From contig CALSRS010000001.1 in assembly GCA_943788815.1 (NCBI GenBank), forward strand, positions 900,069-964,068: a DNA stretch of 64,000 bases, given 5' to 3'. This DNA is from an uncultured Gammaproteobacteria bacterium (GTDB lineage: Bacteria; Pseudomonadota; Gammaproteobacteria; Eutrophobiales; Eutrophobiaceae). The notes beneath the pieces are model-generated. The model ran no database searches. It was given only the letters and a program-made list of their open reading frames with translations, and was not told the origin of the DNA. Below, piece by piece: positions 1-12,100 of this stretch; positions within the stretch are counted from its first letter, which is position 1, and every line of letters starts with the position of its first letter. The position numbers and the translations under genes are program-made.

Positions 1-880
1 ATAATGTATTGAATGCAACGCTACGTAAAATCCCAGGCTCAGTATTAACCCAGACCCACATGGCTATTGCCGCAATCAATGCCTCAACCATAATTCCTGC
101 GGCCGCTACCAACATGCGCTGATGTTTATTTCGAAATGAAGCTGAAGATGAGGCGTCAACATACGGAACAGGCATAAAAATCAGGAACATTACCCCCATC
201 TCATGCACTTCCCCTCCCCAACGTTTAACCGCATAGGCATGACCGAACTCATGTACCAGTTTGACAATGGGATAGATTAACCAGATTAGAAAAAGATTTT
301 CCGTGGCCAGAATACGATCGGCAAGATTTTCGGTCAGTTGTGGCCAATGGTAAGCTGCCTGAGACAAAGCCCAGAGGATAAAAACCAGCCAGATCACCGC
401 CATGACCGGGTTATAAATCCATTTGCTGAACCCAGCAGTGCGGTTCAGAAAAGCTTCCGGATCAAGTAAAGGAAATTTGACGGCAAGCGGAGATTTAATG
501 ACTGACCAGAACTTGGTTTTTCTGGCCTTTTCACGTCGTTCATTTAATTCCAGAACATCAGGGGGCATATCCGTCTGAATAACATCAACACGATGTAATT
601 GGGATAAAAGTTTGATTACCTCATCCTGTGAGGGCATATCATCACCGAGTTGCTCACCGGCACAATGCCAGATATCTTCAAGTGAACGCTGTCCATTCAT
701 TAAACCAATTAACGAATATGCTTCGTCATTGAAACGATGAAATCGACCTGTAGCATCGTCTTGAATTACATACCAGACATCACCACGGTAGACATGACGG
801 TTAATCTCAACATGAGAACGTAATTTGGGTTTAAGATTGGCAACCCGATACCAGGATTCACTAAATAGTGAAACTGACAA
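1..880 (-). CDS. M50 (site-2 protease) family zinc metalloprotease with N-terminal PqqD/RRE-like domain; 3' end outside window
   Basis: Not in the ORF track; translated by hand from TTG at 880, directly after the stop of 881..2707: MSVSLFSESWYRVANLKPKLRSHVEINRHVYRGDVWYVIQDDATGRFHRFN... Hydrophobic segments follow, HEFGH at 239-253, then GGEVHEMGVMFLIFMPVPYVDASS and RMLVAAAGIMVE, typical of this M50 subfamily. Frame stays open to base 1. Confidence 0.88.
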   Translation of the reverse strand, partial: MSVSLFSESWYRVANLKPKLRSHVEINRHVYRGDVWYVIQDDATGRFHRFNDEAYSLIGLMNGQRSLEDIWHCAGEQLGDDMPSQDEVIKLLSQLHRVDVIQTDMPPDVLELNERREKARKTKFWSVIKSPLAVKFPLLDPEAFLNRTAGFSKWIYNPVMAVIWLVFILWALSQAAYHWPQLTENLADRILATENLFLIWLIYPIVKLVHEFGHAYAVKRWGGEVHEMGVMFLIFMPVPYVDASSSASFRNKHQRMLVAAAGIMVEALIAAIAMWVWVNTEPGILRSVAFNTL

Positions 881-2707
881 TTATGGCCACCATTCCCACA
901 GTTTCAATTTAATCCACTGTTGCAGTGGATAGGTCCAGATCCAGATAAGCTTACGTTCGTCTACCTCGATCTTACCCACGCCTTCCATCCCTGGCCGCAA
1001 CTGTAAAATTGATTCACTTAAGGTCGCCTCGACACGAAAATAATTTCCGCCATCACGGGCCTCGGTTACCGGAGTAACCTGGGTAACAATAAAGTCAAAG
1101 GTATATTCAGGTAAAGAGTTAAGAATGAGACTGCCCTGCAACTGTTCTTCGATTTCAGACATTCTATGTTCATCTACCCAGAGAATGATGCGATATTTAT
1201 CAAGTGGCGCGACCTCAAACAACACCTCGCCCTGCTCTACCGCACTGCCCAATCGCTGACTCAACTCACCACTGACAACGAGACCATCGAACGGTGCAAG
1301 CAGACGGGTCCTTGATAGTTGACTTGAAATAAGTTCTAGTTGCGCATTGTTCTGCTCGAGCTGGGCCTGGATAACTTTTGCTTCGGACCGGTTCTGCTCG
1401 GCAACAGCACTCTCATACTGGCTTTGGAGTTTGGCTTGCTCACTCATAGAACCGAGTTTTTCCAAAGTCAGATCCCTGTCATCAAGGTTAGACATAATTT
1501 GCCCTTCGGTGACATGTTCTCCAGCCCTGACATTAGCAGATTCTAGATAACCATCAAATGGCGCAACAATGGCGCGGCGGATTGACGGCTCCAGGATACT
1601 GTCAGCGGCAACTCTATAAGTTCCGGTTGCAAAGTTAAAAAATACAACGAGGGTAAGCAGGCAGATGAGTGCTAGTTTTCGTCCGAGATAACCTTTACCT
1701 ATTATCCTTTGTAGTTGTTCCACAGTGGCAGTATATAAATGGAGATACCAGGATTTATCCTGCAAATATTTTGTGCGCAGGGCCTCGCCTGAGAGTGCGA
1801 CTATACTCTGAATCTGATCAACTTCATGTTCTAGAAAAGGTTTCTCGGAATCACGTTCCAGGGTAACCGCGGCAAAATATTCTTCACCTGAATGAAGTGG
1901 AATAGAAAGTAAACTGGCATTCCCATATGAGAGTGAAAATTGAGCATGCTCCCTGTCCACCAGTAATTTATTATCATGTTCACTATTGGGGTAATTGATG
2001 ATTCCACGCTGAACAACGGCTTCATCCATTACTCCAGCAAGACGACGAATCAAATTCATCTTTTTGCCAAATTGCGCACTATGAGAAAGAGCAGCTACTT
2101 CGATTTTCAAGCCTTTATTCATGCCAATACTTACTCGTTCACAATCGAACGCAGAGGTAAGTTTATTAACGAATGTCATGGAGGCACTATTAAATCCAGT
2201 TTCTGCAAGTACAGCGCCCAATAATTCCACTGCACCAGACAACCTATCAAGTTGAGTATTTTTCTCTTTGCCATCATGACGTCGCAAAAAGAGTTCTATC
2301 CAGGCACTACCCCACTGTATTTGTTCCATGATCCTGGGTAATGCTGATTGTGGTACGCGGACAGAAAGCGCGACAACACCTTTTAACTCGTTATCAAGCC
2401 GGATGGGAAAAGCTACACCATACATACCCGAACCAAGAGAATGAACAAGACCTGCGGCTTCTTCAATTGATTCCTCTAGCAGGGAAGTCAGACTAGTAGC
2501 GGGTTGGGTCTTTTCAGGCCACAGGGCCGCAGGTTGAAAACCTGATTCACCATTATCCAGAACCAATATAGCCTGACTGATGCTATCAAGCCGAATACAG
2601 ATTAATTCAAGCCAAAACTGGCAATATTCCTCATAGCTTGATGCAGCGGAAAAGTTGACCCAGACCTCACGCAAGCTGTTCTGGGTATCATCGGAATCAA
2701 TTTGCAT
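881..2707 (-). CDS. HlyD/membrane-fusion (periplasmic adaptor) protein with N-terminal GAF-like domains
   Basis: 608 aa. GAF-like N-half (CERVSIG, SLLSIPL...AVTLER), one TM segment (LALICLLTLVVFFNF), lipoyl half-motifs IVAPFDGYL...GEHVTEGQ and LLAPFDGLV...GSAVEQGEVL around a coiled hairpin, C-terminal LRPGMEG. Confidence 0.88.
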   Translation of the reverse strand: MQIDSDDTQNSLREVWVNFSAASSYEEYCQFWLELICIRLDSISQAILVLDNGESGFQPAALWPEKTQPATSLTSLLEESIEEAAGLVHSLGSGMYGVAFPIRLDNELKGVVALSVRVPQSALPRIMEQIQWGSAWIELFLRRHDGKEKNTQLDRLSGAVELLGAVLAETGFNSASMTFVNKLTSAFDCERVSIGMNKGLKIEVAALSHSAQFGKKMNLIRRLAGVMDEAVVQRGIINYPNSEHDNKLLVDREHAQFSLSYGNASLLSIPLHSGEEYFAAVTLERDSEKPFLEHEVDQIQSIVALSGEALRTKYLQDKSWYLHLYTATVEQLQRIIGKGYLGRKLALICLLTLVVFFNFATGTYRVAADSILEPSIRRAIVAPFDGYLESANVRAGEHVTEGQIMSNLDDRDLTLEKLGSMSEQAKLQSQYESAVAEQNRSEAKVIQAQLEQNNAQLELISSQLSRTRLLAPFDGLVVSGELSQRLGSAVEQGEVLFEVAPLDKYRIILWVDEHRMSEIEEQLQGSLILNSLPEYTFDFIVTQVTPVTEARDGGNYFRVEATLSESILQLRPGMEGVGKIEVDERKLIWIWTYPLQQWIKLKLWEWWP

Positions 2708-2816
2708 AACAAGGAAGGAATAAGATTACTGAGTTAGATTGAAACATTCAGATATAACTGAATATTTTAAACTTGCTACTAAATAACTTTATCAACTCTG
2801 ATGATAGCCACTATAG

Positions 2817-3134
2817 CTACTCTCCAGTTGTAATCCCGCTGATCTGACCATAGCGTTCTTCATATTGATCCAGGACATTACTTAGTAATATTGACAAGCG
2901 CTTGGCAGCATATGGACTGACGAGAATACGGTCTGAGAGTTCTATCGAAACTTCTTTTTGCTGTGCATTCCAGGCCTGATTGAGACCAAAAAATAATGCG
3001 ATTTCTTCCCGAGTGCTGGCAACGTTACATACATTTGCATAAGTGCTCTTCATTTGCGAATCATCCCAATTTATCTTAGGGGGAGTATTAGTAGCAGCCG
3101 GCTTACTCGCCGTTGTGGTTTTTTTAGTGACCAT
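2817..3134 (-). CDS. DUF3467-like small protein (possible chaperone/adaptor of the giant protein)
   Basis: 105 aa with STYANVCNV...EEIALFFG...RILVSPYAAKRL..LL...YEERYG, matching my recollection of DUF3467. AAGGA RBS; starts 14 nt after the giant gene's stop. Confidence 0.75.
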   Translation of the reverse strand: MVTKKTTTASKPAATNTPPKINWDDSQMKSTYANVCNVASTREEIALFFGLNQAWNAQQKEVSIELSDRILVSPYAAKRLSILLSNVLDQYEERYGQISGITTGE

Positions 3135-3148
3135 TATTTTTCCTTATA

Positions 3149-6100
3149 TTAATTTAACCTGATTCTTTTAAGTGCATTTTCCCACTCACTATGAGACACG
3201 AGCACATCATCTTCATCTCCTAAAAAACACTGACTGTTTTCATCCCAGTACCTGACTTTTCGCTGTTTATGATGCAACTTATCGATGCCTTTTTGATCTA
3301 TTCGTATATTACCTTTACGCTCGCCATTTGTCAGTTTCCAACCAGTTAATCCTGCAAGAAGAGCGGACTCTATCACTATACTATCAGAGTACTCCGCCAT
3401 ATTATCATCGGCAATAACTAAACCTTGTTGATCTTGAGCAGGTAGCATAAAGGTTGTACCTTCTGTATTAAGATCGTTCCTGTTCGCGCCAGCCGACTCA
3501 TCTTCTTGAGCATCAGTTTCTTCTTCTGGCACACCTGGCTCTGAGTCTTCAATTTCAGATGGATCCTGAATATTGGTAGTTTCTGTTGCTGTCTCGAGTT
3601 CCTGATTTTCTGTTTCATCTGGACCCTCTTGCTGAATATCAGGCCCGCCTTCTACTTCATTAAGTTGCTGATTTTCAGTTTCATCGCTATTTAACCTTGT
3701 CTCATCTACATTTATATACTCATAAGAATGCGTGTCGATAAAGCTCTGATATTCAATAATTCCTTCTCTGGAATAAATTGTCCCTGTGTCTTCATCAATT
3801 TCTTCCGGAACATCAGGCAAGTTCAGCGGGGCAAGAAGATTACCTACGGCTTCATTCTCTTCTTCCTTATTTTCATATAGTCCAGATGTGGTTGCAGCCA
3901 ATAAATCCAGAGAGCCTTGTGCAAGGTAAGTAATAGCAATTACTTCACCATCATCTTCGTTCTGAGTAAGATACGCATATTCACCAGACAATATGTCATC
4001 CGATAATACTGCATTAAATAAATCATTACCAAAGCCGCCAAACATACTGTCATTACCATCTCCACCATCGAGAACATCATCATCACCTATAAACAACTCC
4101 GTTGTTTCTGAAATAACCAGCTGGCCATTAATAAAGGTTGCCCTACCGCCGTCACCAGAAATAAAATCACTGCCTTCATCACCATATAGCTCGTCAGCTG
4201 CTGCGCCACCAATAATTACATCATCATCTTCACCACCATGGACCTCATCCTCGCCACCATTATCTGAGAAAAGACTCTCAACCATATCTAGTGTGTTGGG
4301 ATCGGAATCTGTTAAATTAAAGACAGCGATGCCAAGATCGCCAATCACTATATCCTTACCTGCGCCGGTAAATACTAATTCATTCCCCAACCCACCGATG
4401 ACAAGGTCATTACCGGCACCGCTATCGATGGTGTCATCACCAGATGTTGTCAGGTTTGTGTCCGTCGTAAAATACTCATCCGCCAGACCATTGATATAAT
4501 CGGCAATACCATTATCACCAAAGATAATGTTATCACCGTCTGCGATGGTTACCTGATCATCACCAACACCTGCAAATACCAGGTTATTTCCACCACTTAC
4601 AGAGATGATATCATCTCCGCCCAGGGCACTTAATTCGCTTTCAACCTGGACGCGTTCACCACTACTGCCATATCTGACTGTGCCATTATCACCCAAATAA
4701 ATACTGTTACCAGCGCCAGATTCTATGGTGTCGGCACCACCCCCACCGATCACAACTTTATCGCCATCGCCCATAGTTACATTATCATTACCACCTATAT
4801 TACTTTCGGTATTAAAAATAGTGCTCTTGATCCCCGCTGTCCACTGAATCTCGCCGTTATCCCCCATTACATAATCCGTACTGTCTCCGGTATCAATGTC
4901 ATCACCGCCCACACCACCAATCACCACATTTACATCCGTGGCACTGGCACCGCCCAGCGTCAGAGTGTCTGCACCACCAGCAGTGCTGGTGCTCTTCGCC
5001 ACTTCCAATATGTTATTGGCGTCATATCCAATCTCACCCTCATCACCCACCACATAACGTGTGCCCACACTGCTCAGCGTCGTCGTCACCGTGTCCTCAC
5101 CCAGTCCAGCTATTACCACCTTGTCACCACTGCCAAGGGTAATACTGTCATTGCCACCGGCCTCACCCAGATAACTCTGCATGTTAATCAACTGCTCAGA
5201 ACCCGCAGGTCCTGTATACGTCATCACACCGTTATCGCCCACAACATGGTCGGTACTCGTCGCCGCCACTACCGTAATCGTGTCGTCATCACTGCCACCA
5301 ATTACCTGGTTCACATCCCCCGACAAGGTGATCGTGTCCTGGCCACCATCAGCATTGGCCGTGCTCTTCACCGTGCGCAACGCGCCAGTCGCATAAACGA
5401 TCTCGCCGTTGTCTCCAATCACACGGTGTATGCCAGACGTCCCGGTGTCCACCGTGTCATCCGCCATACCGGCTATCACCGTCTTCGAGCCATTACCCAG
5501 GTCAATATCATCATTGCCGCCAAACGCACTGTTGAGGCTCACCATGCTATCGATAATGCCACCCGTCCACTGAATCTCGCCGTTATCCCCCATTACATAA
5601 TCCGTACTGTCTCCGGTATCAATGTCATCACCGCCCACACCACCAATCACCACATTTACATCCGTGGCACTGGCACCGCCCAGCGTCAGAGTGTCTGCAC
5701 CACCAGCAGTGCTGGTGCTCTTCGCCACTTCCAATATGTTATTGGCGTCATATCCAATCTCACCCTCATCACCCACCACATAACGTGTGCCCACACTGCT
5801 CAGCGTCGTCGTCACCGTGTCCTCACCCAGTCCAGCTATTACCACCTTGTCACCACTGCCAAGGGTAATACTGTCATTGCCACCGGCCTCACCCAGATAA
5901 CTCTGCAGGTTAATCAACTGCTCAGAACCCGCAGGTCCTGTATACGTCATCACACCGTTATCGCCCACAACATGGTCGGTACTCGTCGCCGCCACTACCG
6001 TAATCGTGTCGTCATCACTGCCACCAATTACCTGGTTCACATCCCCCGACAAGGTGATCGTGTCCTGGCCACCATCAGCATTGGCCGTGCTCTTCACCGT

Positions 6101-9100
6101 GCGCAACGCGCCAGTCGCATAAACGATCTCGCCGTTGTCTCCAATCACACGGTGTATGCCAGACGTCCCGGTGTCCACCGTGTCATCCGCCATACCGGCT
6201 ATCACCGTCTTCGAGCCATTACCCAGGTCAATATCATCATTGCCGCCAAACGCACTGTTGAGGCTCACCATGCTATCGATAATGCCACCCGTCCACTGAA
6301 TCTCGCCGTTATCCCCCATTACATAATCCGTACTGTCTCCGGTATCAATGTCATCACCGCCCACACCACCAATCACCACATTTACATCCGTGGCACTGGC
6401 ACCGCCCAGCGTCAGAGTGTCTGCACCACCAGCAGTGCTGGTGCTCTTCGCCACTTCCAATATGTTATTGGCGTCATATCCAATCTCACCCTCATCACCC
6501 ACCACATAACGTGTGCCCACACTGCTCAGCGTCGTCGTCACCGTGTCCTCACCCAGTCCAGCTATTACCACCTTGTCACCACTGCCAAGGGTAATACTGT
6601 CATTGCCACCGGCCTCACCCAGATAACTCTGCAGGTTAATCAACTGCTCAGAACCCGCAGGTCCTGTATACGTCATCACACCGTTATCGCCCACAACATG
6701 GTCGGTACTCGTCGCCGCCACTACCGTAATCGTGTCGTCATCACTGCCACCAATTACCTGGTTCACATCCCCCGACAAGGTGATCGTGTCCTGGCCACCA
6801 TCAGCATTGGCCGTGCTCTTCACCGTGCGCAACGCGCCAGTCGCATAAACGATCTCGCCGTTGTCTCCAATCACACGGTGTATGCCAGACGTCCCGGTGT
6901 CCACCGTGTCATCCGCCATACCGGCTATCACCGTCTTCGAGCCATTACCCAGGTCAATATCATCATTGCCGCCAAACGCACTGTTGAGGCTCACCATGCT
7001 ATCGATAATGCCACCCGTCCACTGAATCTCGCCGTTATCCCCCATTACATAATCCGTACTGTCTCCGGTATCAATGTCATCACCGCCCACACCACCAATC
7101 ACCACATTTACATCCGTGGCACTGGCACCGCCCAGCGTCAGAGTGTCTGCACCACCAGCAGTGCTGGTGCTCTTCGCCACTTCCAATATGTTATTGGCGT
7201 CATATCCAATCTCACCCTCATCACCCACCACATAACGTGTGCCCACACTGCTCAGCGTCGTCGTCACCGTGTCCTCACCCAGTCCAGCTATTACCACCTT
7301 GTCACCACTGCCAAGGGTAATACTGTCATTGCCACCGGCCTCACCCAGATAACTCTGCAGGTTGCTGAGTTTTTCTGCACCTGCAACACCTGAATAGGTC
7401 ACGATCCCCTGATCACCCAATATATGGTCGGTACCATTTGCACTGATGATCGTATCTATCCCGCCACCACCGAGAACGACATTATCCCCTTGACCAGCAA
7501 TGATCTGGTCATCACCCGGTAACACAGAGACCGTGGTCCTGGTCTGATACAGGACGTCTGTCAGTGTGACCTCACGGGCATCGAACACGGCTGGATTACT
7601 TTCTATGATGTGAGTGCCTGTCGTGGTGATCAGATCAACCGCACCATGGTCACCGAAAATAATATCGTTACTGAAATCAATTAACGGATCGGCATTAAGA
7701 ATTTCACCATAGAGATAGTCGTTACCATCGCCACCAAAAATAATGTCATCACCTGCATCGCCGTAGATGATATCGACACCGTCGCCGCCCTTGATAATAT
7801 CCTCATCATTCCCGCCCCGGATCCGTACCGCTAAATCTGCGGTGGAGGCATCGATAACATCGGCGCCAGCATTACCCCAGATCTGTATGCGGCGTTCTTC
7901 AATGGGTAGTAATAATAAATTATGTGCAGGCGCCAAAAGATTATCTGTGGCAGTGATAATGATATCGTCATTACCTTCATTGGCATATAACTCTGTAATG
8001 GTAATGCCGGTCATCTCAATACTGCTCACGGTAATGGTATCGTCACCCTTACCGGCCCATACCACCAGGCCATTGTTAAAATCCCCACCCGCGGCATCAT
8101 AATTAATCGTGCCAACGGCCAGACCGCTGATACTGCCGTCTGACATCTGTGCATTTTTAGCTACGGTGTTATCAAAATCACTGATAAAGAGGGCGTTATT
8201 ACCGACGCCAGCATCAATGTTCAACTCACCCTGTACACCATCGAGATTCCCGTCGGCAAGTAACTGGTTAACAAAATAACCATCGGCAGTGGAGCTAACA
8301 TGGAATTGCTCGTCACCCACACCGGTATTAATGTTGGTGACGGTATTAAGGCTAGTGGCCTGGACATTAATAGTGTCAGTTCCGCTCCCCGTGTTGATAG
8401 TAAGGGTGTCAATTCCATAATAGTTAATGCCATCAGTCCGGGTTGCCAGTTCAGTATCACCAACAATGTCATTGATATCTGTGGCCAGGATACTGTAACC
8501 GGCATATTCACCCTGGAAGGTAAAGATAAAATCATTATCGGCTTTGACTACCGAGAAGTTATCCGTCTCAGGGTAGAATTGACGGCGTTCCTGGGTATTA
8601 TTCGGATTAAACAGGTAGTTGAGTTCGTCAAACCAGGTATCTGCATCAGCGGGATTTGCCTTAAGTTGCGGGATATCGCCGGCGCTGAAAGTCACGGACC
8701 CAACCGGAATGCCGGTGTGGTCAAGGTCACCTGGTGCGTAAACTGTTAAAACTATATTTCCACTTCCTACACTGATGGTTTGTACGGTATTTAATTCTGG
8801 TGTAGTAGTACCTTCTGTCAGGTAATTCACCCTGGCCCGTGGTGCGAATGGTGTTGTATCCGATATGGTCAGGTCGCGATGCTGGGCTTCCAGGTCAGTA
8901 AAATCTACCGTGCCGGTAGTGTAATCAACAACATATGTCCTGATTCCGCTATTAATACTCAAATTAACATTAATATTTACATCGTCTTCAATCAGTAATA
9001 ATTGTGCGACCGCTACCTTCATGTCGGCATCAGAAGCGGTAGATTCCAACACAACCTGATCGGATATTGCCCCGTCATCCCCCCTGGCCAATAACACGTA

Positions 9101-12100
9101 GCTACCGTCAACATTATCAACAATCAAGTTGAACTGACTGGATGTGCTGGCACTGGTATTCAGGGTGCCAACATTCGATACATAGAATGCAGGCACTTCA
9201 AACAGTGAGTTGTCTGGATTATAGCGCGGTGCAATATCGATGATATATTTACGTTCACCGTTACCAGGGTTGGTCTGTAGCTCTACTGCTAAAGATAACC
9301 CGCTAACATTGAGCAGGGTATTTATTATATTGGCAATATCCGTTTCATTGGCATCCCACTGTACAATTGCGCTCGATCCACTTTCCGAAGCAATCTGGTA
9401 TGTCCCGCTACTGGCTTGTGTTGTCAATGTGAACTGGTTAGCAAAAGCAATAGGCTGGGCTGTGGGTATAAAGGCTGCGATCTCGGCAATATTTTTACCT
9501 GCAGATTCACCAATGAAGGAAATCTGGTATTGCTTGATTTGATCATTGAACTGATCTGGCGTAGTGATATTGATATTGGCCACAGGTTCGCCCGTCATGA
9601 TTGCCAAAGCACCAGCAATTTCACTATCGGTTGCATCCCAATTCAACAACTCATAAGTTATGCCACCGTCAGTAGATAAATGATAGGTGCCGGCTTCGGC
9701 CTGAATATTTAGCAGGAATGTCTCTGGCACGCTGGGCATATCCAGACCAGTCAGGGTGGTATCTGTCAGCCACAGGGTATTATCATTGGTATCCCCGCTG
9801 TCATTTACAATCAGAGAATTGTTACCAAAGTCATCACCGATTATGGTTAATAACGCCATAATTTGATCAACAAGCTGGCTATCACTGCTGACGGTCACGA
9901 GATTATTATCAGCAAGTGCCTGGTCAGTGCCAAGGTTGACCATGGTATGACCGGAAATCGTTTTTATATCAATGATACTGCCACCGGCACCGGTATATAT
10001 ATTTGTCGCGCCGGCATGGGTGGCTTCTATGGTCAGGGTGTCCTTGCCGCTGCCGAGGTACAGATTAAGTTCTTCCAGGTTTGCGTAGCGAATTCCACCC
10101 GGAATATCCTGACCGGCCAGCTCTATCCCGGTACCCATACCAAAACCGGTAAGGCTTTCCGCTGTCAGTATGCCAAATTCCTCAGCCGGGCTGCCGCTGT
10201 TATTAAAATTCAGTACATCAACCTGTTCTTCCTCGACCACCCTTTCATTACGATTTAGTGGGCGGTAATAGTATTCATCATTATTGCTGTCATATCCTGT
10301 TGGCCATGTGGCCGCGAGTATCACCCGGTTACCGATCACTGCCAGTATATCCACCACATCGCCGGTTATATTACGTGTGGTCTTATCAATAAAACCAAGC
10401 TCATAAGGCGCACCATTAATGCGTGGGTCAAATCCCTGGACCTCTCCGTCATCCTGATCAAAATTTGTAACCGTTTCATCGACAAACGTAGCAAATTCTG
10501 TGATTCCAGTCTTGTCAGAGTCGGTTAGAAATTCTCTCAGAACCTGGTAATTCACTGTCGTCGTTAATTCGGGCTGGGCAAGAAAAGCCTCTAACTCGGC
10601 ACGGGTAATCGTGTTTGTAGTCGGTGTCGCCAGTTCTATCTGTATACCCGCAGTTGTTAGAGTACCGTCCTTGCTTCCGGTTGTATTGCTGGACTTTTGC
10701 CCATTGACGACCGGGTTGTTGGTTTCACCCGGCAACATTACTGGATCATTGAGATCGACATAACTCGCGGCCACCGCCCCACCCTCGATACTGATAGGTC
10801 CGCGGATCTGGTTAACCCTTTGCTCTGCCGGGGCAAAAACCTGCAGGTCTCCACCATCAACCGTATTATCATCATCTGCGGTTACCGTGACTACAAAAGA
10901 TGCAGAAGATGATGGTGTTACAGGATCTGGTGTTGAAGTTGTTTGTTTCGAATTACCAGCGCCACCGTCAGTGAATGCCCTGCTGGCATCATAGGTGGGC
11001 GTATCCAAATCGGTGACTGTGATCCCATCAGCAGACTTGGTCAGCACCGCCTTGTATGTATCATCCAGCCCGGCGAGCCAGTCAGTGAAATCCGTGCCTT
11101 TATATACGCTATCGGTATTGGTTCCATCATCGATGACCTTGTAGACCTCATATCTGCTTCCTTCATCTACATCATCCCATAGTGATGGATCTGCGGAAGC
11201 TGTCGCATCTATTTCAAAACGGTTAACCTTGATATTATTTTCATAGGCAGTAAATGTCCTGATTATTCCTTCAGCACCTGCACCCGGACCGGCAATTACA
11301 CGAATATTTTTTTCCTCTATGGTCTGATTATTAAGATTTGAATTGTGCTGCTGAATGGATACATTCAAATCATATGAGGTGCCAGGAGCCACTCCCCGCC
11401 ACTGGTAGTTATAGGGACCATAGTTATAGTTAAGATTCTCTGAATTATAGTTGCCGGTATAGTTGTCCTTGGTCTGTATAAAATAATTATATTCATATAC
11501 CGTAGACTCCAGATAACCAACCTCAACGACATAGGTACCTTCAATGTTAAAGGTGTTTTCTATATATGGATCCGCCGTAGAAGTGACCTTTACTGGATTG
11601 AGCATCATACCGGGGTATGTGGCAGACTCAGGCAAACCCTGTACATTTTGAATATACGAAACGAATCCCGCACGTAACTCAGGGGGTAATTGCTCTGAAA
11701 CCGTTGATAACTGCGCCTGCAGGGCTGCACCCGTTACCCTGGTCGAAAAATCCACCATTTCATAGATGATCAAATAAGGCGTTTTGACCAGATTTTCTTT
11801 AATATCATAGTGAACGCTGGTGGTAGTTCCCAGGGGATGAATAGCTGTGGCTGCACTATCATAAGTATAGTCACCAGCATAATTTCGCACATTCTCCTTT
11901 TCTTGTTTCACGTCATCAAGATCAAAGAGTGCACCGACACCATTGGAATTCACAGAAATATTTACGATGGCGTCATTAAGACCGGAGATTGTCAATTCGC
12001 GTATATTTACCACATCCAAACTAGCCGTATAGCCGGCCGTAACCAGGTCCTGGAGCAAATCTGCGAGTACGGTATCCATACTGGGCAGGTCACCATTGAC

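Noticed and set aside
4839-7363. Possible CRISPR array
   Set aside because: The unit is 726 bp, in-frame coding, and has no spacers; no cas genes.
5246-7393. 715-aa plus-strand ORF
   Set aside because: Antisense shadow of the 726-bp repeat in the giant gene; it is long only because a stop-free unit is repeated, and its R/H/T/I-rich composition is not protein-like.
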